The notes: generated by a model not told the origin, from the letters alone. Positions 12,033-24,975 are shown, counted from the first letter of the whole stretch. The stretch is DNA of 63,734 bases, filler included, from Octopus bimaculoides (GCF_001194135.2; 7 parts of 7 records of this genome joined end to end with filler, not necessarily neighbours in it); one strand, 5' to 3'. Program-made: numbers and translations.

Positions 12033-12801
12033 GGAGACAGACACACAGAAAAATAGACGACGGATGGATGGATAGATAGATAGATACANNNNNNNNNNNN
12101 NNNNNNNNNNNNNNNNNNNNNNNNNNNNNNNNNNNNNNNNNNNNNNNNNNNNNNNNNNNNNNNNNNNNNNNNNNNNNNNNNNNNNNNNNNNNNNNNNNNN
12201 NNNNNNNNNNNNNNNNNNNNNNNNNNNNNNNNNNNNNNNNNNNNNNNNNNNNNNNNNNNNNNNNNNNNNNNNNNNNNNNNNNNNNNNNNNNNNNNNNNNN
12301 NNNNNNNNNNNNNNNNNNNNNNNNNNNNNNNNNNNNNNNNNNNNNNNNNNNNNNNNNNNNNNNNNNNNNNNNNNNNNNNNNNNNNNNNNNNNNNNNNNNN
12401 NNNNNNNNNNNNNNNNNNNNNNNNNNNNNNNNNNNNNNNNNNNNNNNNNNNNNNNNNNNNNNNNNNNNNNNNNNNNNNNNNNNNNNNNNNNNNNNNNNNN
12501 NNNNNNNNNNNNNNNNNNNNNNNNNNNNNNNNNNNNNNNNNNNNNNNNNNNNNNNNNNNNNNNNNNNNNNNNNNNNNNNNNNNNNNNNNNNNNNNNNNNN
12601 NNNNNNNNNNNNNNNNNNNNNNNNNNNNNNNNNNNNNNNNNNNNNNNNNNNNNNNNNNNNNNNNNNNNNNNNNNNNNNNNNNNNNNNNNNNNNNNNNNNN
12701 NATATAGATATATACATATATATACATATATATACATGAATGAGTATTATGTGTGGGTAGGTGAATGCATGCATATATATGTACACAAACAAAAGCAAAA
12801 A

Positions 12802-12886
12802 TCTTGGGCGAGTATGTTGTACTATAGCCTCGAACCGACTAAACCCTTGTGATTGGATCTGATAGACGGAAACTGAAAGAAGCCCC

Positions 12887-12921
<35 letters not shown>

Positions 12922-13090
12922 TGACCTCCAGTACCACTTGACAACCGGCGTTGGTGTCTTAGTTTTTATGTCCCACTGAAGTAGCGGTTCGGCAAATGAT
13001 ATCGAAAGAATAAGTTACCATGCTTAAAAAAAGTACTGGGGTAGATTCATTTGACTAAAAATTCTTCAAGGCTGAAACAAGTAAAACATA
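12802..13090 (+). mobile_element. SINE family 2, 5'-truncated, with internal (TG)n
   Basis: CTATAGCCTCG..CCGAC..AAACCCTTGTGA...GACGGAAACTGAAAAGAAGCCC + (TG)n + ACAACCGG...GCGGTTCGGCAAA. Confidence 0.8.
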
Positions 13091-15495
13091 AATGATATAT
13101 TCACACACACACACACACGACGCGTTTTTACTCACAGTATCTACTAGTTTCACCTACGAGGCCTTGATAAAAGCCACTTGACCAAGATTCCGCCTATTGG
13201 CGCCGGATCTGGAACTACATACTTGCGTCCTTGTGAAATGAACTTAATTACCCGTTTAAAGATGAAAGGCAAATTAGATCACGGCAAGATTTGAACACGG
13301 AGCGCAGGGGATCAGGACTAAATGTATACAACATTCAAACAGACGTTTAAACGATTCTGCTAATTCGCTGCCTTGCTATGAATTATACATAAAACAGCAG
13401 AGACCAGCTAACTCGAAAACACGTATCTCTTTGATCGCTCAGATTGCTAGAAAGAGCTACTAAATATCCCTTTTTCTCTTTTGACATGAGGATGTACATA
13501 TGTTACTTCGTTTGAGTCAATAGACAGACTTTGAGAAACGCATGAACATCACAGGATTGTTCAATCGATATTGCTCCATTATCTTTATGCTGACACTACA
13601 GATGTGTGGCTTTGTTGGACGTCGAGAAATCAATATAAGCCTAATTTCTACACAGTATTAAGTGAGACATACTGTAAGCCCTTACAGCGTTGTAATAGAA
13701 TAGCTCCAGGATGTAACGTGATTTCACAGCATTTACCCTGTTACTGTTATCTTTGCTGCTGCTGATGCTGGTTTTACAGTGGTTGCTGCTGCTGATGCTG
13801 GTTTTACAGTGGTTGCTGATGGTCTTATTTCTGTTTTTTGTGTTCTGCTGCTGCCGTTCTTTTAACTCCATGTAAACGCTGACAGAGTAGAACTACAGTC
13901 AAAGTCATTCAAATAATAACCTTGCCTCCTATTTAGATATATTTTATCCAAGACTACACTGTTCAATTTTCCCTTCCTTTTTACTATCATGATGGTGTTT
14001 CATTTGCGGTAGACTTACCTACTATTTCTACCAGACAGAACGGCCACAAAGAGGAAACTATACAGGTTGAGGTACCCGGTTATTTTTGTTGTACCTGCTG
14101 TTGTCTATCACCATTTCCTCTCTAATTAAGCAGAATCAAAGACTCTATCGGAGGAATTTTATTAGGGACTGCAAAGGTTCTTTCGACACCTATTCCTAAA
14201 ATGTTTGTCTAAGCAAATTCCTGAGCCCAGGTATTATATACCAGTGCCAGTCTATAATGTAGACCCTATTACAAAGTTTGTTTACCTATGATCAAACGTC
14301 TTCATCTGTTCATCATGTTTTTTCACAGACATATCCAAGTTGTCCTGTTTCAAGATGGTACGATGTGATTTCATGGAGATTTAGCTAATATTCATAGGTG
14401 GAGAGACCTCGATTAAATATACACATACATACATACATACATACATACATACATACATACATGCATGCATGCATATATGTGTGTGTGTATGTATCTATGC
14501 GTGGTGTTTGCGCGCGTTTGTGTGTAAGTATATATATGTATATATACATACATAGACGCATACATATACATAATTTTGTAAGTAAGTGTGTGTACGAACG
14601 TATATAACAACAGCAATTTTAAATGACACAAAATAATTGAAGCCTGTGATAAAAGTTATAACCGGAAGTACAACTTCAGAGAAAAATATGAAAGTAAAAG
14701 TTATTTTGCAGGCCGTCAAGTAAATTATTTTTACATGAGTTGATCCGATTAGCGAATGAAGGAATGATTTATTTTACTTAGCATTTCGCGTTTGTAAAAA
14801 TCATTTTCAGAGGTACTTTGTCAAGTATGTTGAAGACTATTCTGTGTAAAGGTGAGAATAAAATCGAAACATGTACTCCTGAGTTTCCCCCGTAAGTATG
14901 AGAATATCTGATTTTTCTTTACTGCATACTTATTTATATCTAGCTTACACGGATCCTTGTATTGAATATGGTAACAACAACCATTCCGTTGCTTTTCACG
15001 TGAACGGTGCCTTAGAAATATTTCTTCATTCAATAATTAGTTTCCTATGAATAACAAATATAGAACCTTGTATATTTACTTCTGAATTCATTCACCAGTA
15101 CTTCGTTAAATACGGTAAAAAGCAATACTTCTTTGATGAAAAAGAAACAAATGTTACTCCGTTAATTACGATCAAGCGAACAACCAGCTCGTGAAAGTAA
15201 CGTGCAAGCGCCTGAGCATTCGACAGATACGAGTACATTTAACGTAGTTCCCAGGGAGATTCAGTGTCCCATAGAATATAACAAAACTGACCATTTGAAA
15301 TACAGGCACTACTCATTTTTTTTTCAGCTGAATGAACTGAGTAACAGAAATAAAATAATTCACCTAAGCTCACTGATCTCCAAATTAATACGGGTGTGCT
15401 TCTATCTAAAAAAAAAAATTGTATATATATATATATATATGTATGAATATANNNNNNNNNNNNNNNNNNNNNNNNNNNNNNNNNNNNNNNNNNNN

Positions 15496-15507
15496 TTAAT
15501 TAATTAA
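15496..15507. other. Artificial scaffold-join linker TTAATTAATTAA in a 100-bp gap (also 39423, 42422, 49693, 59395, 61468)
   Basis: Six identical 44N-TTAATTAATTAA-44N blocks. The 12-mer gives stop codons in all six frames. Confidence 0.95.
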
Positions 15508-15551
15508 NNNNNNNNNNNNNNNNNNNNNNNNNNNNNNNNNNNNNNNNNNNN

Positions 15552-15609
<58 letters not shown>

Positions 15610-15670
15610 TGAGTGAGAGAGCAGCGCATGCCATCTAAGTGACAGTAGGGTACACATTATTACTATTATT

Positions 15671-16433
15671 CTGATTTCGCTCAGGTTCGGTCTTATTCCT
15701 GGTAGGATTTATGTGGGAGCGGGTTACTACCTGTAACCTTAGGTATCCACAGGTTTTCAGCGGTTTTGTTTGTTCCTGAGAATGTGGGTGGTTGATGTCA
15801 ACACAATTTTTTGAGTCTCATAAATTGTTAGTTTCCCAGGGATCTGGTCAAAAAATTTGTCAGTATTTTTCTTGATCATTCCATGGGCTCCTACAACAGC
15901 AGGGATGGTTTTGGTTTATAATTGTCACATCCGAGATATCTCAGTCTCAATGTCCTTATATTTCGACAGTTTTTCAAATTCCTTTGCTGAAATGTTTTTA
16001 TCAGTAGGTACGGTCAATTAACAGGCATGTTTCTTTTGTTTTATCTCTTTGATAACAATGTCTGGCCTGTTAGAATCTATTTGCCTGTCTGTATGTATCC
16101 TATAATCCCATAGGATTGTAACATTCTCCCCCTCAGTGACTAGTTCTGGATGGCGTTCACAGCAGTTCTTAGGGTACGAGATACCATAGTGACGGTGTAT
16201 TACCAAGTGCATGCTTTTGTCAACTCGAGCATACCTAGTTTGATATTCTGTAGGGGCAAGGACTGAGCAACCGGCAACAATGTGGTCAATACTCTCAAGT
16301 TTGTCATTACAAAGTCTACACTTTGTGTGTGACATTAGCTTGATAGTTCCGGATGAGGAGACTCTGGTTTGTGCTACTAGGGTGAATCATTCTGTTTCGG
16401 CTTTCAAACCAATAATCTGCAGCCACTGATGGT
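15671..16433 (-). mobile_element. R4/Dong-like LINE 3' fragment (subfamily C) with CCHC knuckle and restriction-like endonuclease
   Basis: HQWLQIIGLKAETE...KCRLCNDKLESIDHIVAGCSVLAPTEY...ILWDYRIHTDRQIDSNRPDIVIK...KLSKYKDIETEIS. Has stops and frameshifts. (ATT)n on both sides. Confidence 0.9.
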
Positions 16434-16448
16434 ATTATTATTATTATT

Positions 16449-16819
16449 GTTCAGTAGTTTTATTTTTATAACGTGCTTTCACTTTACTACCGAGCGCAGC
16501 TCTGTGCGCCTTGGGTATGTGCTGTGGTTTGCTGTGGTGCTCTTATGTTTACTGTATTGAAAGTGTTTTGCGTAGAATGTGTGCAGTACCCAGTAGTGCA
16601 ATTTTCTGTATGTTATATATATTTGTAAGTCCTGGTATTTTTGTTATGTATTTGTCTGAATATTTTTTTATTATACCTATGATAGGAATTGTTTCTGTTT
16701 TTAGATTCCACATTCGAGTTATCTCTATTTCCAGGTCTTTGTATTTTGAAAGTTTTTCCATTTCTTTTAGAGAAACGTTGTCATCTGCTGGTATTGATAC
16801 ATCAATTAGAAAGCATTTT
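16449..16819 (-). mobile_element. R4/Dong-like LINE 3' end (subfamily A) with 3' UTR
   Basis: KCFLIDVSIPADDNVSLKEMEKLSKYKDLEIEITRMW...GTAHILRKTLSIQ*. Its UTR matches 63246-63343 and it ends in (AAT)n. Confidence 0.92.
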
Positions 16820-17681
16820 NNNNNNNNNNNNNNNNNNNNNNNNNNNNNNNNNNNNNNNNNNNNNNNNNNNNNNNNNNNNNNNNNNNNNNNNNNNNNNNNN
16901 NNNNNNNNNNNNNNNNNNNNNNNNNNNNNNNNNNNNNNNNNNNNNNNNNNNNNNNNNNNNNNNNNNNNNNNNNNNNNNNNNNNNNNNNNNNNNNNNNNNN
17001 NNNNNNNNNNNNNNNNNNNNNNNNNNNNNNNNNNNNNNNNNNNNNNNNNNNNNNNNNNNNNNNNNNNNNNNNNNNNNNNNNNNNNNNNNNNNNNNNNNNN
17101 NNNNNNNNNNNNNNNNNNNNNNNNNNNNNNNNNNNNNNNNNNNNNNNNNNNNNNNNNNNNNNNNNNNNNNNNNNNNNNNNNNNNNNNNNNNNNNNNNNNN
17201 NNNNNNNNNNNNNNNNNNNNNNNNNNNNNNNNNNNNNNNNNNNNNNNNNNNNNNNNNNNNNNNNNNNNNNNNNNNNNNNNNNNNNNNNNNNNNNNNNNNN
17301 NNNNNNNNNNNNNNNNNNNNNNNNNNNNNNNNNNNNNNNNNNNNNNNNNNNNNNNNNNNNNNNNNNNNNNNNNNNNNNNNNNNNNNNNNNNNNNNNNNNN
17401 NNNNNNNNNNNNNNNNNNNNNNNNNNNNNNNNNNNNNNNNNNNNNNNNNNNNNNNNNNNNNNNNNNNNNNNNNNNNNNNNNNNNNNNNNNNNNNNNNNNN
17501 NNNNNNNNNNNNNNNNNNNNNNNNNNNNNNNNNNNNNNNNNNNNNNNNNNNNNNNNNNNNNNNNNNNNNNNNNNNNNNNNNNNNNNNNNNNNNNNNNNNN
17601 NNNNNNNNNNNNNNNNNNNNNNNNNNNNNNNNNNNNNNNNNNNNNNNNNNNNNNNNNNNNNNNNNNNNNNNNNNNNNNNNN

Positions 17682-17719
<38 letters not shown>

Positions 17720-18469
17720 TACACACACACACATACATGTATATGTGTGTATGTGTGTATAAAATTTTGTCTGAATCTTCGCTTGGCATACCTTTTCAAT
17801 TTCATAAACATTATTTTCGTTATTTTTAACTTGTCTACATACACTAAGAAACAAAAACTTGTTTTCGTGTTTTCTTTTATTTTGTAAACAGACTAACTTT
17901 TTCATGTTTTGATTTTCTGCATCTCCGTTACAACGACTTGTCAAAAGATCTGCTTCCGACATTTTGTTCCGTTTCCAATCTATACTCTTTTGTGAACGTT
18001 CCATCGGATAGAGTCTATGTAGAAAATTCAACTTCCATGATAGGGCTGATTGAGGCTAAACAAAATCACTTTGGTTATTGAATATTTATGTTTTGTTTTG
18101 TTTTGTTTATTTTAACAATAGATAGAAGCCTGGCATTTCCATAATGTACCAGAAGTAAACGTTCGAAAAATTCTGTGCGGACTGGTATGGCTCTAAACAG
18201 TGGGACTAATTTGTACTTAATGATTGTATGTATAGTAGTAAGAAACTTTATAGAAAGCTGAATAGAAAACCCCTCATGCAAATATTTAGACGCTTAACTC
18301 TTTACTCTCTAAAGGGCCCCGGACTCATCCAGGTCACAATTCTTTGATAACTCTCTGCCGTCACATTCTGTGCCATTGTCTTTGTCCTGGATTGTTAAGG
18401 TAGTACTAAGGTACTTTGATGTTGTAACCAGTTTATTCAAAGAAGATTGTAGGGGAAATTATGCCTTCT

Positions 18470-18600
18470 GATACTAACTTCCGTTCCTCCTCGACCAGAT
18501 CCTGTTGAGACTCTTCTCAGCAGCTTTTACCATTGTCTTAAGAACTTTGGTTATTTTTCTCCCTGAAATGAAGAGCCACTTCATGAGATCATATGCAGAT
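18470..18600 (-). mobile_element. Possible HERO-clade RLE non-LTR retrotransposon C-terminus
   Basis: LMKWLFISGRKITKVLKTMVKAAEKSLNRIWSRRNGS* resembles the LGIxG...AAEKASxWIWxxR terminus of HERO-type elements (recalled motif, not searched). Confidence 0.4.
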
Positions 18601-18809
18601 TTGCCCCAAATCATCTTGCCCCAAATCATCTTGCCCCACCTATGGCAAGGAGTTTGATTTGGAAACCAAATTTCCTCAGTCTTATGGCTAAACATTCATA
18701 TTTTTGGTCTTGTAAATGTGGGCTTCCTCTATTCTGCTTTCACGTGACACAGTGAGTTCAGCCAGTATCGCTTGTTTCGATGAAAGTGAGATAAGTGCAA
18801 TGACTGGTC

Positions 18810-19919
18810 TCATATTACTCTTGTTGATGATGTCTGGGTGATTCTTCTATAAAATCTGCTGTGCACTCCCACCCACTCACCTACTCCATCCAACAGACAC
18901 AGCTTCCGTGATTCAGTTGTTACAGGAGTTAGAGGCCACAACCTTGTTTTTTTTTCTGCTGTGTAGCACACCGGCGGCGTTTCTGCTGTCATCATCGTCT
19001 TTCTCGCGGCACATATCGCGTTTGGGTTCGAGGTTACCCTGTATACCCTTAAGAATTGTTGGATCACGACCTCGCCCATAGCTTCTTTATTAGCTTTCTT
19101 TAAATCTCACTTAAAGTGTCTACGAACCGTTCGGCCCTTCCATTCAATCTAGGGTGAAATTTATGTCGGACGCTTTTTTGGCAATATAAAGTTAACTATA
19201 CTTCTCATGCCCTTCTGCTGCTAGTTTTCTTAAAACTAGACGCGTTTTCATATCGTCCGTCCAATCCTTACGTTCTTTTCCAAAAACTTGTTGAACTCTT
19301 CAAAAGTAAGCCTAATAAGTTTTTTCTTTTTTCGGGATCATATTTGAATTCGCTTATGAAATTTGCTACATGGTCAGGTGAAAATGTATTCTCCAGTTTG
19401 GTTATCAACTTCAATACTTGTAACATTTGCTGCTGCAATCCTTGTTATTGTTCTCGTTGTTCCGTGAGTTGTTGTTGTTGCTGTTTTTGCAACTCAACTA
19501 TCCCAGCTAACAAGTCTTCCATATTTTACGATTTTCGTAAGTTTACACAATATTTTTGTTTCGTTTTTTGTCGAGGTATTTAATTTTGCACGTGAATCAG
19601 TTTTAACTCTTCGTGTGAATATTTTTTTTTTCACTCTGCGTAAATTTGTTTTTCCTCATCGCACTGTCGTACCTGTCTTTTGACGACGGTTGTCGCTCTA
19701 ATAGATATTGTTATATTCCAAAGTCATCGTACAGTGTTATTCTCAAAAGGTTGTTTCGATATAACGTCCACTCAATATCACAGTATAGTTACTATATCAG
19801 CACAGACATGACTATTAACACAGTCTACACATACTTCCGACCTTTTCGACCTTCTCCCTGTCGACCGGTTTATTTATAATGGCTTACTACTACCACTTTT
19901 TACGGGGAAGGGGTCTACA
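18810..19919 (-). mobile_element. Internally deleted Ty3/Gypsy relic: 5' LTR + gag N-terminus fused to integrase C-terminus
   Basis: LTR candidate 19709-19919 (TGT...ACA on the minus strand). Gag from ATG 19522: MEDLLAGIVELQKQQ...NFISEFKYDPE...DWTDDMKTRLVLRKL...NFILPKK. This joins directly to HPRLNGRAERFVDTL...QQFLRVYRVTSNPN (integrase). Confidence 0.8.
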
Positions 19920-20008
19920 GTTTCACTGTACAACAATGAATAAACAGAATAAGGCGTTATAGCCAGATAGGAGACGAAAATACAGTTAACGTTAGAAAAG
20001 TTGTAGAG

Positions 20009-20043
<35 letters not shown>

Positions 20044-20102
20044 GCCCAGAGGTGTGTGTGTATGTGTGTGTGTGCGTGCGTTTGTGTGTGCGCACGCGCA
20101 CG

Positions 20103-20137
<35 letters not shown>

Positions 20138-20811
20138 TATATAGATAAACAGGCAGATATATATTTCATATGCAATGACAAAATTCTCTCAACAGCTAGT
20201 GGGGAAATATTNNNNNNNNNNNNNNNNNNNNNNNNNNNNNNNNNNNNNNNNNNNNNNNNNNNNNNNNNNNNNNNNNNNNNNNNNNNNNNNNNNNNNNNNN
20301 NNNNNNNNNNNNNNNNNNNNNNNNNNNNNNNNNNNNNNNNNNNNNNNNNNNNNNNNNNNNNNNNNNNNNNNNNNNNNNNNNNNNNNNNNNNNNNNNNNNN
20401 NNNNNNNNNNNNNNNNNNNNNNNNNNNNNNNNNNNNNNNNNNNNNNNNNNNNNNNNNNNNNNNNNNNNNNNNNNNNNNNNNNNNNNNNNNNNNNNNNNNN
20501 NNNNNNNNNNNNNNNNNNNNNNNNNNNNNNNNNNNNNNNNNNNNNNNNNNNNNNNNNNNNNNNNNNNNNNNNNNNNNNNNNNNNNNNNNNNNNNNNNNNN
20601 NNNNNNNNNNNNNNNNNNNNNNNNNNNNNNNNNNNNNNNNNNNNNNNNNNNNNNNNNNNNNNNNNNNNNNNNNNTATCACAGCGCAGGATAAAACTCACA
20701 ATGTATGTATGTATGTATGTATGTATGTATGTATGTATGTATGTATGTATGTATGTATGTGTGTGTGTTTGTGTGTGTGTGTACGCGTGCGTGTGCGTAT
20801 GTGTGTATGTG

Positions 20812-21070
20812 TCGAGGGCGCAAGGCCTAATTGTTAGGGTGTTGCATTCACGATCACGAGATCGTGGTTTCAATTCCTGAACCAGGTGGTGCGTTGCGTT
20901 CTTGAGAAAAACACTTCATTTCGCGTTGTCCTGCGACCACGTCGGCATCTGGCATGTGGTAAACAAATATTTCTAGGTTTCTTTGTAGATCTGATGTTAC
21001 GTAGGCTAATGCGTCTCTTACAATATGTACTCGCATCTGAAGTGCTCTCAATCCTCACGAGTTTGTCGAA
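20812..21070 (+). mobile_element. tRNA-derived SINE family 3, decayed
   Basis: tRNA-like head GAGGGCGCAAGGCCTAATTGTTAGGGTG...GGTTTCAATTCC followed by GCGTTGCGTTCTTGAGAAAAACACTT, as in 31260-31592. Confidence 0.7.
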
Positions 21071-21073
21071 TCA

Positions 21074-21573
21074 CCCTTACATGCAGTGAAGATTGATGTA
21101 TGGATGGCTATCGGCAGGCGAAGAATAGTAGGACCGATTCTTTCCAAAGAAACCTTGAATTCGGAACGTTATTGTGAGATAATTGATTAGTTTGTTGAGC
21201 AGCTAACTGAGAATGAAAAAAGTAACGTTTGGCTTCAACAGGTCTCAGCAACATGCCATGTTAGCAACTACACTTTGTTTTACTTACAACAAACTTTTGA
21301 ACACAGGTTGATCATGAAAGGACACTGGCCACCCAGATCGTCAGACTTAACGCTTCTCGATTTCTTTTTATTCGGCTATATCAAGGACGCTGTGTTTGCA
21401 AAGAATCGGCATACACTTGATGAACTGTGTACGGATATTACTGATATTGTCTAAAATATCCCACATGAAGTTTTGATTAATGTGTTCCAGAACAAACGTC
21501 GTCGTGTTGACTTATGTCTACCACGTGGGTGCCAACAATCTCAACAATTTTGTAACCAGTTTGACGTAACTTT
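21074..21573 (+). pseudogene. Decayed Tc1/mariner-superfamily transposase (WPPRSPDL type)
   Basis: PLHAVKIDVWMAIGRRRIVGP...VWLQQVSATCH...HWPPRSSDLTLLDFFLFGYIKDAVF...RRRVDLCL. Confidence 0.85.
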
Positions 21574-23199
21574 NNNNNNNNNNNNNNNNNNNNNNNNNNN
21601 NNNNNNNNNNNNNNNNNNNNNNNNNNNNNNNNNNNNNNNNNNNNNNNNNNNNNNNNNNNNNNNNNNNNNNNNNNNNNNNNNNNNNNNNNNNNNNNNNNNN
21701 NNNNNNNNNNNNNNNNNNNNNNNNNNNNNNNNNNNNNNNNNNNNNNNNNNNNNNNNNNNNNNNNNNNNNNNNNNNNNNNNNNNNNNNNNNNNNNNNNNNN
21801 NNNNNNNNNNNNNNNNNNNNNNNNNNNNNNNNNNNNNNNNNNNNNNNNNNNNNNNNNNNNNNNNNNNNNNNNNNNNNNNNNNNNNNNNNNNNNNNNNNNN
21901 NNNNNNNNNNNNNNNNNNNNNNNNNNNNNNNNNNNNNNNNNNNNNNNNNNNNNNNNNNNNNNNNNNNNNNNNNNNNNNNNNNNNNNNNNNNNNNNNNNNN
22001 NNNNNNNNNNNNNNNNNNNNNNNNNNNNNNNNNNNNNNNNNNNNNNNNNNNNNNNNNNNNNNNNNNNNNATATATATATATATATATATATATACATGCA
22101 TATATATGGGTGCAGGACATCAAAAAACTGTGAACAAAATGAGAAACGAGAACATAAAAACAAAAACATAGAAAACGAACTTTTTTCGAAAACGAAAGAA
22201 ACAAATAGAGAAACGAGACAGGCAACATAAAGAACATTCCCTTCATCAGTTGTCCCCTGTTTTATCTACTCCACGTTTCGAAGATAGGGACAAGATACGA
22301 CTTCATTAGAACAATCCTTCCCGCAAAGTAAATTAAATAAAATTTGGGATCTTTTGCGGAGGGTTAAAGTGGTAACAAAAACAGGACAGTAAGAACAAAA
22401 CAATAAAAACAAAGGGTGAGGGCTGTTAAGCCAAGATGATGTGAAGTGATGAATGCTGGATAAACGAGCTTTGAGAAGAGACAAGCGAAAGCACGTCTTG
22501 TCTTTAAGAAGGAAGTAGAAGAAAGGAAGATAGATAGCTGTTGGTCACGTGTGAGCAACGACATATCAAGGAGGAAGAGTGAGAGAGAGAGGGAACGGTG
22601 AAGATATCGAGAGAATAAGTACCAGGCTTAAGGCAAAAAAGAAAAAAAAAACAAAATACTGGGGTCAATTCGTTTGACTGAAATTCTTCAAGGCTGTGCT
22701 CTAGGCCGCAATCTAATGACTAAAACAAGTAAAAAATAAAAGATATAAATGCATGCATACACACCCACACGCACACATTGTATATATATGAATAAGTATA
22801 CATACATACATACACATATATATATATACATATACATACATACATACATACATACATACATACATACATANNNNNNNNNNNNNNNNNNNNNNNNNNNNNN
22901 NNNNNNNNNNNNNNNNNNNNNNNNNNNNNNNNNNNNNNNNNNNNNNNNNNNNNNNNNNNNNNNNNNNNNNNNNNNNNNNNNNNNNNNNNNNNNNNNNNNN
23001 NNNNNNNNNNNNNNNNNNNNNNNNNNNNNNNNNNNNNNNNNNNNNNNNNNNNNNNNNNNNNNNNNNNNNNNNNNNNNNNNNNNNNNNNNNNNNNNNNNNN
23101 NNNNNNNNNNNNNNNNNATATATATATATATATATATACACATATATATATGTAATCAATATAAGAAAATACTACAGTGATATATTAATATACTAAGAT

Positions 23200-23385
23200 A
23201 CATTCTTTTCTACTCTAGGCACAAGGCCTGAAATTTTTGGGGAGGGGGCCAGTCGATTAGATCGACCACAGTACTAACTGGTTCTTAATTTATCGACCCT
23301 GAAAGGATGAAACGCAAAGTCGACCTCGGCAGAATTTGAACTCGGAACATAAAAACAGGCGAAATACCGGTAAGCATTTCGCCCA
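23200..23385 (-). mobile_element. SINE family 1
   Basis: Reverse complement of the 9069-9308 type unit, including the AAAAGAAT tail and the GTCGACTTTGC core. Confidence 0.85.
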
Positions 23386-23388
23386 AAA

Positions 23389-23880
23389 AGGTATTAATAA
23401 ACAAAGGGTGCAAAATAGGACCAGCGATTGCTAGAAATAAGAGTCAAAAAAATTAACTCTGAAAACCACAAAAAACACTAACCTTATTACATTTACGGGA
23501 AGCGGGAACAACAAACTAAAGCGATCTTTCCCTTGTGAGATAGACTCACAAAAACAAAAACAAAAAAAAAGAAAATTGCTGGACAAGGTTTTATCACGTG
23601 ATTTCGAAATTTAACCAATAAGGTCTTGTTTCTGTTCAGAAGTATCTACCAACTACTCAGGGCTAAGAGACAGTTTGCTTCGTAATAGTAAATGAGAATA
23701 GGAAACCGTTGAATAGCAGCGCCAAATTCAAACAGTTAGAGCAATGTTTCTCAACCTTTTTACCCTTGCGTAGCCCTTAAAATAAATTACGTCTCAAGGA
23801 ACCACTGCTCAAAAGATACTATATACCATATCTTTCTTATATTTTTCATCCTACTTCACGTGGTAAATATCATGTATATA

Positions 23881-23919
<39 letters not shown>

Positions 23920-23970
23920 ATGTATGTATGTATGTATGTATGTATGTATGTATGTATGTATGTATGTACG

Positions 23971-24033
<63 letters not shown>

Positions 24034-24046
24034 ATCTATATGTATA

Positions 24047-24136
<90 letters not shown>

Positions 24137-24630
24137 GTCCATAAATTACAGGCATCACTAAATATATTCCCAATGGTTATACTTTTTGACAACATAATAG
24201 GTTAAATAGAATGCTGTCTATATTACGATATTACAATAACCAATAATATGTTGTGCATGTATTGAGATATTACGATCATGAAATTAGCATCAGCTTATCT
24301 CTCTTTCTGGCGGAATCCTTAGGAACCTTTTGTGGAACCCAAGCGCTCCGGGAAACCCCGGTTGAAAAACACTCGGTTAGCGTGTATATTATCAATACAA
24401 GAAGATACTAGAATGATATATTAATATATTAAGTACATAGCAATTAAAAACCAAAACGGAATTAATAAATAAAGGGGCAAAATAGCACCAGAGATTGCTA
24501 AAAATAAGAGTCAAAACATTAACTCCGAAAGCCACAAAAAAAAAAAACACTTACCTCATTACATTTACGGGAAACGGGCACAGCAAACTAAAACGATTTT
24601 TCCCCTGTGAGATAGAAACACAAAAAGAAA
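23389..24630. repeat. ~170-bp diverged direct repeat (23389-23560 and 24457-24630)
   Basis: ATTAATAAACAAAGGGTGCAAAATAGGACCAGCGATTGCTAGAAATAAGAGTC...TGTGAGATAGA versus ATTAATAAATAAAGGGGCAAAATAGCACCAGAGATTGCTAAAAATAAGAGTC...TGTGAGATAGA, about 80% identical. Confidence 0.85.
23742..24374. mobile_element. hAT-type MITE with nested compound microsatellite
   Basis: Ends CAATGTTTCTCAACC / GGTTGAAAAACACTC. 8-bp flanks AGTTAGAG / GGTTAGCG match at 6 of 8. Confidence 0.65.
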
Positions 24631-24639
24631 CAGCTATTC

Positions 24640-24975
24640 TTTTACTTGCTTAAGTCATTTGACTGCGACCGCCTTAACGGGTTTTTTAGTCGCAGAAATC
24701 GATCCCAGAACTTATTAGGCTTAGTACATAGTAGTACATAAATTGTAAGCCTAGTACATACTTTGTAAGCCTGATACACTCTTAAGCACACGTGCGCGCG
24801 TGCACACACACACACACATACGACAGGCTTCTTTCAGTTTCTGTCTATCAAATTTACTCACAAGGCTTTGGTCAGTCCGAGGCTATAGCAGAAGATACTT
24901 TCCCAGGTGCCACGCAATGAAACTGAACCCGGAACCATGAGGTTGGAAAGTAAACTTCCTACCATACACCTACTC
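24640..24975 (-). mobile_element. SINE family 2
   Basis: Matches 43361-43865, including the head GAACCCGGAACCATG...CCTACCATACACC and internal (CA)n. Confidence 0.8.

Noticed and set aside
13754-13813. 30-bp tandem duplication with a TTVKPASAAA reading
   Set aside because: Local slippage in a decayed CTG-rich tract, bounded by stops.
15496-15507. TTAATTAATTAA as a biological motif
   Set aside because: It always sits centred in exactly 100 bp of gap, so it is an artificial linker.
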